From: a virus
Taxonomy: Duplodnaviria > Heunggongvirae > Uroviricota > Caudoviricetes
IMG/VR virus record: IMGVR_UViG_3300046543_000050
DNA: 31,969 nucleotides
Reading direction: 5' to 3' (one strand)
The position numbers and the translations under genes were made by a program. Positions 17,060 through 25,499 of the stretch are shown in pieces; within the stretch, counting starts at the first letter, position 1; every line of letters starts with the position of its first letter. The notes under the pieces were generated by a model, which did not search any database, had not been told where the DNA came from, and was given only the letters and a program-made list of their open reading frames with translations.

Positions 17060-17263
17060 TTACGTGAGGGCTTCATAGACGCGGAACTCACGTTCTGGAA
17101 ACTTGTTCTGATAGTGGTTCAGGAGAATCTTCGCGTCACCCTTATCTTCGATTGGAGTGTCATGTACGGCATTCCAACCGTTCCGACCTTCGAAGCCCTC
17201 AACATTCCACCCGGCGTGATTGGTTGCCAAGGGCAGACCATCTTCATCAAACTTGGTCTGCAT
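17060..17263 (-). CDS. Hypothetical protein
   Basis: Start revised to MQTKFDE with an AAGGA RBS. Confidence 0.65.
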   Translation of the reverse strand: MQTKFDEDGLPLATNHAGWNVEGFEGRNGWNAVHDTPIEDKGDAKILLNHYQNKFPEREFRVYEALT

Positions 17264-17267
17264 GGCG

Positions 17268-17687
17268 TTATTCCTTGGGTAGCAGTGCGAATTGTTCTGC
17301 CAGACGACCGGACGGCGCATTACCGAATGCGTGATGCTCGATGTGACCATCGTAGAAGTGCAGGACGACACTCGAACCCGAATACCAATTCGGTTCATCG
17401 TTCTCGGTTTGGAAGATGGGCTTATCGTACTTCGCCGGGAAGTCTTTGCCGTCATCATCATTCCACGGTTCGGACCAACGCTCACCACAGCACCGACAGT
17501 AGCTATGATTCAACTGATCCCAGATGAACAAGGTCGCTTCAGTAGCGGATGCCGCTTGGACGAACACGGTCGCGCCTTGTACGTTATCTTCGACGTAGTA
17601 ACCGCCGCTGTTGTTCTGATCGAACTCATACCACTTCAACTTGATCGTGGCTTCGTTGTTGCTCAGTGCTACTACATTTCTTGTCAT
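17268..17687 (-). CDS. Conserved phage hypothetical protein
   Basis: FDQNNSGG...CRCCGERW motifs. Confidence 0.75.
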   Translation of the reverse strand: MTRNVVALSNNEATIKLKWYEFDQNNSGGYYVEDNVQGATVFVQAASATEATLFIWDQLNHSYCRCCGERWSEPWNDDDGKDFPAKYDKPIFQTENDEPNWYSGSSVVLHFYDGHIEHHAFGNAPSGRLAEQFALLPKE

Positions 17688-17688
17688 T

Positions 17689-18072
17689 CTACTTTTCCAG
17701 TTTGATGTTCAACAACTTGGCCGCTTCGCGGATGTTGGCTTCGTCCACGTTCGTGCCGCCGTATATGTTGCGGACCTCGTACATGAACTTGGACCATACG
17801 GCATCACGCTTCCGATCTGCAAGCCATTGATACTCGCTGATCACAAGCTGACGAGCATAGTTGCTATCGACGTTCTCGCGACCGGACACCTTGTCGAACT
17901 GTGACGGATTTTTCCAACCGTCAATGCTCTCGACCGTCACATACTTTCGACCGACTTTCGTGACCACGACAGGTTCAAGCCGGGATTCTTCATTGTTCCT
18001 AATTCGCGACTTCGTTGCGAACAGTCCATCGCCGACTTTCAGTTCAGCGAACGGGTTTGACTTTCCTTCCAT
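17689..18072 (-). CDS. Hypothetical beta-barrel protein
   Basis: LKVGD...VVVTKVGRKYVTV pattern, AGGAAG RBS. Confidence 0.7.
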   Translation of the reverse strand: MEGKSNPFAELKVGDGLFATKSRIRNNEESRLEPVVVTKVGRKYVTVESIDGWKNPSQFDKVSGRENVDSNYARQLVISEYQWLADRKRDAVWSKFMYEVRNIYGGTNVDEANIREAAKLLNIKLEK

Positions 18073-18206
18073 TGTTTCTTCCTTTCTTCACATGCATCAG
18101 TGCAACAAATCCAACAGTTGCAACTGTAGTTTTCTTCTCCGCGATCACGCTTCAGGCGCATCACTTCGTCTCGATACCACTGCGCTTCTCGTTCAACCCA
18201 ATGCAT
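18039..18206 (-). CDS. Small Cys-rich hypothetical protein
   Basis: MHWVERE...CNCWICCTDAC fills the gap in the run. Confidence 0.5.
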   Translation of the reverse strand: MHWVEREAQWYRDEVMRLKRDRGEENYSCNCWICCTDACEERKKQWKESQTRSLN

Positions 18207-18207
18207 G

Positions 18208-18417
18208 TCAGTTGAGTTCGCCTTCTTGGATACGCAGGATTGCTTCTGCCGTGATCGTGGCAGCTTCAATTGACAGCCGGACGACATGAACCGGTTCCGG
18301 GTTGTTATTGTTCGTGAAGCGAAGGATGATTTCGTCACCATCTTTCCACGCTTCGAACGTGCGCTTGTCGTCAAGATCACAGCTAAGTGCTCGCACCATC
18401 GGTTCATTGGTTTCCAT
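18208..18417 (-). CDS. Hypothetical protein
   Basis: ORF in the - strand run, GAGGG RBS. Confidence 0.65.
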   Translation of the reverse strand: METNEPMVRALSCDLDDKRTFEAWKDGDEIILRFTNNNNPEPVHVVRLSIEAATITAEAILRIQEGELN

Positions 18418-18709
18418 ACTTCGCCCTCAATCGTTCGTATTCCCACTTATCGCGGGTTTGTTGTGCTTCTTCATGCTCAATTTCACGAGCAATCCGGGTG
18501 TCGTACTCTTTGTCCGTCTCTGGTCGATTGGCGAACACGCCGACATACTCATAGTCGCTGTATGATTCGCTGACCTTATCGATCTTCAAGTCCTCGCCAT
18601 ACAACTTCTGATAGCGCTCGATTTCATCGATCAAGGACTTCGCTGACGTGTAGCTGACCGATAGGCTTCCGACTTCGCGCAGGACTGTCTTGCGTTCAAG
18701 ATTTGGCAT
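18404..18709 (-). CDS. Hypothetical protein
   Basis: RPETDKEYDTRI...EYERLRAKYG, a common phage C-terminal motif. Confidence 0.75.
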   Translation of the reverse strand: MPNLERKTVLREVGSLSVSYTSAKSLIDEIERYQKLYGEDLKIDKVSESYSDYEYVGVFANRPETDKEYDTRIAREIEHEEAQQTRDKWEYERLRAKYGNQ

Positions 18710-18710
18710 T

Positions 18711-18908
18711 TCAATAGCGCCTTACGCGAATTTCATGTCCGCACGGCGGGCATTGGATGTAGTTGTAACCGTCTCGACCTCCGGTGTAGTCGCAGTCGAA
18801 ACCCTCTTTGATGTCATTCGGGACGTATTGTAACGTAATTCCACAGTTGGGACAAACCTTTTCTTTCACCACAGACGGGTGTGGTTGTGTGCTTACGACA
18901 GTGACCAT
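18711..18908 (-). CDS. Zinc-ribbon protein
   Basis: CPNC...CPPC. Confidence 0.75.
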   Translation of the reverse strand: MVTVVSTQPHPSVVKEKVCPNCGITLQYVPNDIKEGFDCDYTGGRDGYNYIQCPPCGHEIRVRRY

Positions 18909-19366
18909 TAGTGTTTGAGAGTGCAGGGTGTGTAATCCATCAGATCGGCAGTCTTGACCTCAAGCTGCACAACCGGACGACCGTTCTTGGACTTCACCCA
19001 CATTGTATCAGAGTTGGGAATGAAGGTGTTCAGACGAATCTGTTGAATTTCGTCGCGCCACTCACTGAAGATCATCACGGCGAAATCGTGATGCTTGACA
19101 AACACGTCCTGATCCTTCAACAACGTGGTTCCGTGCTTCTCGAAGACGTAGCTGAGAAACTTGAACATGAACAGGCGGTCTTCGCGCTTCGAGAAGTTGC
19201 GATCAACCATCCGTTCTGGGAAATGCTTTGAGATGAAGACCCGCGCGTTCTCGTGGTAGCAGCGTTCCAAGATCGAACGCAGTGGCCCAGACGTGAAGCG
19301 GGAGAAATCACGCGCAAGTTCGTTGACCTTGGCGCGTTTGACGAGTCCTTCGGTGGTGCAAGTCAT
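18908..19366 (-). CDS. Hypothetical protein
   Basis: 152 aa, GAGGA RBS, SKHFPERMVDR motif. Confidence 0.75.
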   Translation of the reverse strand: MTCTTEGLVKRAKVNELARDFSRFTSGPLRSILERCYHENARVFISKHFPERMVDRNFSKREDRLFMFKFLSYVFEKHGTTLLKDQDVFVKHHDFAVMIFSEWRDEIQQIRLNTFIPNSDTMWVKSKNGRPVVQLEVKTADLMDYTPCTLKH

Positions 19367-19504
19367 TTCTACATCCTCTAGTTGCTCTACATTGTTGTCT
19401 CAGGGTTGGAACGTGTTTGATCACGTTTGAATCATCATACCCGATCTGACTGAACATTGCAACAAGTTTGTAGGGTAGTTCACGCAATCCCAACAGTGGG
19501 ATGC

Positions 19505-19533
19505 CGACTAGCACGCCGAAATGAGATTGTCAA
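19505..19533 (-). promoter_or_regulatory. Possible sigma70-type promoter
   Basis: TTGACA-17 nt-TAGTCG (weak -10) just downstream of a terminator. Confidence 0.4.
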
Positions 19534-19543
19534 GTCATCAGAC

Positions 19544-19580
19544 AAAAAGAAAGGCCGGAAGGGTTTTCACCGATCCGGCC
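19544..19580 (-). terminator. Intrinsic terminator
   Basis: The - strand reads GGCCGGA...TCCGGCC followed by TTTCTTTTT. Confidence 0.75.
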
Positions 19581-19622
19581 CAAGTACTACAGGAGACACT
19601 TTAGTACATCATTGGGAAACCA

Positions 19623-19871
19623 CTATGCGGTTAAGACTTCCCGTCCGCGTTCGAACAGGCCGCGAACAACCGGCAAGTGATGGCTGTCGGTCTGCCCCAG
19701 AAGGTCTTGAAGGGACTCGATCCGGGCGCGATGCCCCGATGCTACGGTTCGATACAGCATAGCCATATGAACCTTCCCCTCATTCTCCGCTGCGGCTGCA
19801 AATTCGTCATAAATCAAGGCACTGGCCCGATGATTACGAATCTTTCCCTCCGTCAAGCTGGCAATCGTCAT
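19623..19871 (-). CDS. Hypothetical protein
   Basis: GGAG RBS, followed by a terminator. Confidence 0.65.
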   Translation of the reverse strand: MTIASLTEGKIRNHRASALIYDEFAAAAENEGKVHMAMLYRTVASGHRARIESLQDLLGQTDSHHLPVVRGLFERGREVLTA

Positions 19872-19885
19872 CGTGCGAACTCCAA

Positions 19886-19976
19886 TAAATATTACAGGAA
19901 TACCACATCAAACCGTCCAACTGGCACAGCGCGTAAAGCTTACCACTTGGACCGGACTAAATACAAGCCCTAAATA
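19886..19976 (+). promoter_or_regulatory. Cluster of three TAAATA late-promoter boxes
   Basis: TAAATA at 19886, 19958 and 19971, upstream of gp25. Confidence 0.6.
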
Positions 19977-19988
19977 TTCGGATCAACA

Positions 19989-20393
19989 ATGGCTATCACT
20001 GTCTCCCAAACGAATGTCGTCTTTCGCGATCTGGACTTGGCGTTCAGTTCGAACCCCATTACGGGCGATGTAGCACGCAAATATGACGAGAATGCGGTCA
20101 AGCAGTCGATCAAGTCGTTGATTTCGATGAAGCCCTACGAATCGCCGTTCCACCCAGAAATCTCGTCCCAAGTTTACAATTTGCTGTTTGAACTTGCATC
20201 TCCGGTTACGGTTGAACTCATTCGCACATCGATCATTCAAGTCATCTCGAAGTTCGAACCCCGCGTCGCGCAGTTCGCCGTCCATGTGACGGACAATAGC
20301 GACAGTAACGCCTACTCGATCACAGTCGAATTCATTGTGAAAGGTTCGAACCAGTCGGTCACACTCAACACTCTGCTTTACAGGTCACGATAA
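19989..20393 (+). CDS. Baseplate wedge subunit gp25
   Basis: FRDLDLAF..NPITGDV...AVKQSIK.L...E.PFHP...FEPRV. Confidence 0.93.
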   Translation: MAITVSQTNVVFRDLDLAFSSNPITGDVARKYDENAVKQSIKSLISMKPYESPFHPEISSQVYNLLFELASPVTVELIRTSIIQVISKFEPRVAQFAVHVTDNSDSNAYSITVEFIVKGSNQSVTLNTLLYRSR

Positions 20394-22202
20394 ATGGCAA
20401 CTAATACGATTACAAATCTGGACTTCGATGACCTCAAGACGGGCTTGAAAGCGTTCTTGGCGTCCCAAGACGACCTCACGGATTTTGATTACGAAGGGTC
20501 GGCCATCTCGCGGATTCTCGACGTTCTGTCATTGAACACTCACTACAATGCGATCCTCGCGAATGCTTCGTTCAATGAAACCTTCCTCGACACGGCCATC
20601 AAACGGGCCAATGGTGTCTCGCGGGCAGGGGAGCTTGGCTACGTAGCACGGTCGGCGAAGTCGGCCACAGCGGTCGTCACAGTGGACATCGTTGCACCGA
20701 CCCAGACGCCGATCAACCTGTCCATCGACAAGTACAGCGCGTTCTCGACCTCGATTGATGGTGCGGACTACACGTTCTATGCAATCGACGCGGTATCAAC
20801 GCCTCTGGTGGATGGTGCGTATGAATTCTCGGAAGTGAAAGTCTACGAAGGTAAGCTGATTGCGAACACGTACATCTATGATGGCGTGTCGAAACCAAGC
20901 TTCCTGATCCCGAACGCGGATGTGGACCTCGCTACGCTGTCTGTCTCTGTACAGAACAGCACCATTGACACGTTCGTCACAAAGTTCAACTTCACGGATT
21001 CGATCCAAGCTGTCACGGCAACCTCGCCAGTGTTCTTCATCAAAGAGAATTCTCGGGAGAACTATGAAGTCTACTTCGGTGACGGTGTGATCGGTCAAGC
21101 ACTGGCAGCGGGTAATGTGGTCACGTTGACCTATCTCGTGTCGTCCAAAACGGCGGCAAACGTGTCGTCCAAGATTTCACAGGTGTTCACCTATTCGGGT
21201 GACATCGGCGGCAACACTGGCGTCACGGTTCGTACAATCAGTAACAGTGTCGGTGGTGCAGAGAAGGAAGGTCTGGCGTCGATTCAGTTCAATGCGCCTC
21301 TCTCGCTGGCATCGGGCAAGCGTCTGATTACTTCGGATGACTATCTGGTCGGGATCAGCAACGGTGCGGCGGCAGTTGACGCGGTATCGGTCTGGGGTGG
21401 CGAAGATAACGTTCCGCCAGTGTATGGCAAGGTGTTTATCTCCCTGAAGCCGTTTGATGGCTATGTCATCTCGGATCAGGTCAAGACCGACATCACGAAC
21501 GACATCCTGAACAAGCAGGGCAACCGTCTGGTGACGCCGGTGTTCGTGGACCCAGACTACCTGTACATGACACTGAATGTCGTGGCAACCTATGACCCGA
21601 ATCTGACGACGCTCGGTTCGGATGACATCGCGGGTCACATCACGACGACGATTGACAGCTACTTCTCGAATGAACTGTCGAAGTACAAGAAGAAGTTCCA
21701 GTTCTCGCGCCTCTCGAAATTGATTGATGGTACTAACGATTCGATCCAGTCGAACATCTTGACCATCAGTTTGCAGAAGCGTCAGACGTTCCCCTACAAT
21801 TTCCCGACCACGATTGACATGATGTTCGGTATGGCAGTGCAACCGGGAACCCTGAAGTCGAATGGTTTCACCTACTCGGTTGGGGACCAGTTCAACGTCG
21901 CATCTGAATTCGTGGATGACGGTCTGGGTAACGTCTCGGTGCAGGATTGGGCGACCCTGAAGATTCTTGCTCCCAATGTTGGGACAGTGAATTACACGAC
22001 TGGCGAAGTCATCATCAAGGATTTCGTGGTGACGGGCCTGATGGGTTCAGTCGAAGACATCCGTATCAATCTGTCTCCCAAGAATGCGGTGACGGACGTG
22101 GACACCAATAAGAACCAGATCATCATGCTTGACGATTCGGCCAAGAACAGTTTGGCAAGCATTTCGTCCGGTCTGACGGTCGCAGTTGTGGCGACAAGCT
22201 AA
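20394..22202 (+). CDS. Baseplate wedge subunit gp6
   Basis: LDFDDLK..LK.FL..Q....DFDYEGS, FLDTA..R, YFGDGVIG, VWGGEDNVPPVYGKVFISLKP. Confidence 0.93.
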   Translation: MATNTITNLDFDDLKTGLKAFLASQDDLTDFDYEGSAISRILDVLSLNTHYNAILANASFNETFLDTAIKRANGVSRAGELGYVARSAKSATAVVTVDIVAPTQTPINLSIDKYSAFSTSIDGADYTFYAIDAVSTPLVDGAYEFSEVKVYEGKLIANTYIYDGVSKPSFLIPNADVDLATLSVSVQNSTIDTFVTKFNFTDSIQAVTATSPVFFIKENSRENYEVYFGDGVIGQALAAGNVVTLTYLVSSKTAANVSSKISQVFTYSGDIGGNTGVTVRTISNSVGGAEKEGLASIQFNAPLSLASGKRLITSDDYLVGISNGAAAVDAVSVWGGEDNVPPVYGKVFISLKPFDGYVISDQVKTDITNDILNKQGNRLVTPVFVDPDYLYMTLNVVATYDPNLTTLGSDDIAGHITTTIDSYFSNELSKYKKKFQFSRLSKLIDGTNDSIQSNILTISLQKRQTFPYNFPTTIDMMFGMAVQPGTLKSNGFTYSVGDQFNVASEFVDDGLGNVSVQDWATLKILAPNVGTVNYTTGEVIIKDFVVTGLMGSVEDIRINLSPKNAVTDVDTNKNQIIMLDDSAKNSLASISSGLTVAVVATS

Positions 22203-24973
22203 TGAACAATATTTCTTCTCTGGTACAGTCTCAGTTTCCGCAATTTGTTCAGGACGACTATCCTGCACTGATCGCGTTCATTGAGGCGTACTACAAATAC
22301 CTCGAAGTGGAGAAGAATCCGCAAGACATCCTCTCGAACCTGATCGCCTACGCGGACATCGACCGGACCCTTGACGAATTCGTCTCCAAGTTCGAAAAGA
22401 CGTACCTGAACGGTTTGCCCCAGACAGTGCAGGGTGACAAGCGCACGTTCATGAAACACGTCTCTGATCTGTACAATACGAAAGGTACAGAGGAATCGTT
22501 TCGCCTGTTGTTCCGTCTCCTGTTCAATGAGGAAATCGAGATTGCCTATCCGAAACAACAGATGCTTCGTCTGTCGGATGGTAAGTGGTCCCAACGGGTA
22601 TCGGTGAAGGTGATTCTGGATGGCGGCACGGATACGACCAACGTCATCAACAAGAAGATCAAGATTTGGACGAACAATGGCGTCATCAACACCTACGTCA
22701 AGGATTTCGCACAACAAGCCGATGGCGTCTATGAAATCTTCATCGACAAGACCTTTGGCATCGACGTTCAACCGGGCAACCGTGTAACGGGGATGAACTT
22801 CGGGGCGACCACGCTCCCGACCACAACCACGATGCTGATCACGTCGCCGGGTGGTGGCTTCCACGTTGGTCAGGTGTTCGATGTATCGTCCGTCCTCGGT
22901 TCGGGGACCAAGATCAAGGTCACGAAGATTGATGCCAATGGCGGGATCAAGCGGGCAGCATTCATCCAGTTCGGTACGGGCTATGAAGCTGACTTCATGG
23001 TTCAGTTCGCATCCGCTGCACGTAAGTCCGGCGCACTCGATCCGTTCCAAGCCTACACGAACGGCTTTATCGAAAACGTGTTGGTGACGAAGGTCACGTA
23101 CTTTGCATCGGATTACGTATCAATTGACTACTCAGGTCAGGTGGTTGGATCGTCATACACTGACGATTACCGTCCCGACAACGCCCAAGCTGCGACCACG
23201 CCCCCGGCAGTGATCCAGTTCTACCTTGGCGCACTGTGTATCTACCGTGGCGAGTACTTGTCGGCAGACGGCTTCTTGAGTGACGTGAACGTTATTCAGG
23301 ATGGCTACCTGTATCAAGACTTCTCGTATGTGATCAAGTCCAAGCAGAAGATTCAGGACTACGCATCGGCAGTCAAGAAACTGTGTCACCCGGCTGGTAC
23401 GCTCATGTTTGGTGAGATGTCCCTTGAAGCTGACGTTGACGTGGGCGTGACCTATGAGTACTTCAAGGTTCTGGCCGAACAGCTTCGCTTCACCGATTCA
23501 GTCACATCGAGCGATTCGTTCACCTTCATCACCGGCAAGGCATTGTTTGACGCGTTGACTGGTTCACAGGAAGCCGTATCGTTCGCGGTCGCGAAACCCA
23601 TTGCCGATGGTCTGGCGGGTTCGTTTGATACATTGGCATTCCTGACTGGTAAGGCACTGATCGATTCACTGGCGGGTTCGGATGATTCGAACATCTCGTT
23701 TGAGACAGACAAATCGTTGACGGACAGTCTGGCTGGTTCACAGGAAGATTTGGCATTCGTGACTGGCAAGGTGCTGGCCGATAGTCTCGCGGGTTCCGTG
23801 GATGCGCCATCATTCGCGACTGGCAAGTACTTCAACAATCCGTCCACACAGTACGTGACACCGGGTGCTCCTGTTGTGATGGGTACGGGCGATGGTTCGA
23901 ACAAGTTCTTCCAGATGGCGAACGAACTGAACGTCCTGAACCAGATCATGGCATCGACCGTGTATGTTCAGGACTGGCAAGGTACTGTCGCACAGTATCC
24001 AGTACCCCGAACCAATCTGTTCCTGCAATCGGCAGCACTGTCGTCCAGCACATGGCTTCAGACGCGCGTCGCTTCACTGACTGCGGTCACTGGTCCTGAC
24101 GGTAACGCTACAAGCGCCATGCGTGTTGCAGCGAACTCAAGCGGTACGGGCTACCTGTATCAGTCGATCAACTTCACGAATGGTGTCCCGGTCGAAGTTA
24201 CTGTATACGCAAAGGCCAACACTGGTTCGAAACCTTGGATCAGTAGCATCACACAAGCTGGCACGGTCCAGTTCGATCTGGTCGCTGGTACTGTCACATC
24301 GACAACTGGTATCGCCTCTGGTGGTGTCATCGTCGCGGTTGGTGGCGGATGGTATCGACTGTCGGCCATCTTCACGCCTACGGCGACTGGTTCGAACCAG
24401 ATCACTCCGATGATGTCGGGTGTGGCGAGTACGGCAATCGACTTCTATGGTCCGATGGCCTCAGTGGTGCAGTCAGGTGTGGATCAGATGTCGGCATTCA
24501 TCCCAACACTGTCATCGACGGTCACGTACACGGATTACACCCAAAGCGGTGATGGCAACACGGATGTCACGTTTGTCGCGGCCCCGTCAGTTGGTGCAAC
24601 GGTGTCATGGGCTGGTATGTACGCGGTGATCGGTGATTATGGTACGTCGATTGATTCGACCTACTCATTCATCACTGGCAAGAATTTGGCCGACAGTCTG
24701 GCCGGTTCGACAGAATCGTGGACCTTTGTAACAGGTAAGGCACTCGCGGATAGTCTGGCCGGTTCGACAGAACTGGTGAGTTTCTTGACTGCGCGACCAC
24801 TCACCGATTCGCTTAGTGGTTCTGATGATAGCGGCATTGCACTAAATACTAGTAAGCCATTTTCCGATTCGTTGGCTGGTTCTGACGATACGGGAATCTC
24901 GGCGTACTTGTTCAATTACTCAGATGTAACCTATTTTGCCGACACTTCCTACGTTGGCACACAACTCATGTAA
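22202..24973 (+). CDS. Baseplate wedge protein gp7-like with C-terminal repeats and an inserted domain
   Basis: Follows gp6. FPQFVQDDYP..IAFIEAYY, LYNTKGTEESFRLLFRLLF, YQDFSYVIKS...HPAGT motifs. Confidence 0.82.
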   Translation: MNNISSLVQSQFPQFVQDDYPALIAFIEAYYKYLEVEKNPQDILSNLIAYADIDRTLDEFVSKFEKTYLNGLPQTVQGDKRTFMKHVSDLYNTKGTEESFRLLFRLLFNEEIEIAYPKQQMLRLSDGKWSQRVSVKVILDGGTDTTNVINKKIKIWTNNGVINTYVKDFAQQADGVYEIFIDKTFGIDVQPGNRVTGMNFGATTLPTTTTMLITSPGGGFHVGQVFDVSSVLGSGTKIKVTKIDANGGIKRAAFIQFGTGYEADFMVQFASAARKSGALDPFQAYTNGFIENVLVTKVTYFASDYVSIDYSGQVVGSSYTDDYRPDNAQAATTPPAVIQFYLGALCIYRGEYLSADGFLSDVNVIQDGYLYQDFSYVIKSKQKIQDYASAVKKLCHPAGTLMFGEMSLEADVDVGVTYEYFKVLAEQLRFTDSVTSSDSFTFITGKALFDALTGSQEAVSFAVAKPIADGLAGSFDTLAFLTGKALIDSLAGSDDSNISFETDKSLTDSLAGSQEDLAFVTGKVLADSLAGSVDAPSFATGKYFNNPSTQYVTPGAPVVMGTGDGSNKFFQMANELNVLNQIMASTVYVQDWQGTVAQYPVPRTNLFLQSAALSSSTWLQTRVASLTAVTGPDGNATSAMRVAANSSGTGYLYQSINFTNGVPVEVTVYAKANTGSKPWISSITQAGTVQFDLVAGTVTSTTGIASGGVIVAVGGGWYRLSAIFTPTATGSNQITPMMSGVASTAIDFYGPMASVVQSGVDQMSAFIPTLSSTVTYTDYTQSGDGNTDVTFVAAPSVGATVSWAGMYAVIGDYGTSIDSTYSFITGKNLADSLAGSTESWTFVTGKALADSLAGSTELVSFLTARPLTDSLSGSDDSGIALNTSKPFSDSLAGSDDTGISAYLFNYSDVTYFADTSYVGTQLM
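23519..24900 (+). repeat. 57-60 bp coding repeats (FxTGKxLxDSLAGS) in two blocks
   Basis: About 5-6 copies at 23519-23830 and about 4 copies at 24664-24900. The 21-mer AGTCTGGCCGGTTCGACAGAA occurs exactly at 24695 and 24752. Confidence 0.85.
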
Positions 24974-24987
24974 CTAAGGAAAAGCAA

Positions 24988-25431
24988 ATGTTGAAAGACA
25001 AATTTGATGCAGTCGGTACTTTGAAGATTGAACTGCGCGACGAACACGGCAATCTGAAAGAAGTCCACAACCTGAAGAACCTGATCACCGATCTTGGCAA
25101 GGCATTCATTGCTGGCCGTATGTCGGCATCGGGCACGCCTACGGCAATGGGCTGGATGTCGATTGGTACGGGCACAACGGCTGCGGCTGGTTCGCAGACT
25201 ACGCTTGTGACCGAAGGTGGTCGTGTTGCACTCACGTCCACGACTGTCAGCACGAACACGGTGACGTATGTCGCAACGTTCGGCGCGGGTGTTGGTACTG
25301 GTGCAGTGACAGAAGCGGGTATCTTCAACGCTTCGTCAGCGGGCACGATGTTGAACCGCACGGTGTTCTCGGCGATCAACAAGGGCGCAAGCGACACCAT
25401 CACGATTACGTGGGTTGTCACCATCCAGTAA
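24988..25431 (+). CDS. Tail/baseplate structural protein (fibre-attachment-like)
   Basis: AAGGA RBS. KNLITDLG...IGTGTT...TEAGIFNA...TITITW is a typical phage tail module. Confidence 0.75.
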   Translation: MLKDKFDAVGTLKIELRDEHGNLKEVHNLKNLITDLGKAFIAGRMSASGTPTAMGWMSIGTGTTAAAGSQTTLVTEGGRVALTSTTVSTNTVTYVATFGAGVGTGAVTEAGIFNASSAGTMLNRTVFSAINKGASDTITITWVVTIQ

Positions 25432-25499
25432 TCACGCAGTAATTGTTTGGCAGTCCTGACATGTTCGGGACTGCGGGATTGATTCACATAAGGCAACCA

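Noticed and set aside
6257-19973. Plus-strand ORFs within the two early blocks (e.g. 7047..7655, 15536..16072, 16546..17067)
   Set aside because: They are antisense to a tightly coupled - strand gene run that has RBSs and promoters.
23519-24900. 57-60 bp periodic DNA repeats as a possible CRISPR array
   Set aside because: The repeats are in frame within gp7, vary at synonymous positions, and have no unique spacers or cas genes.
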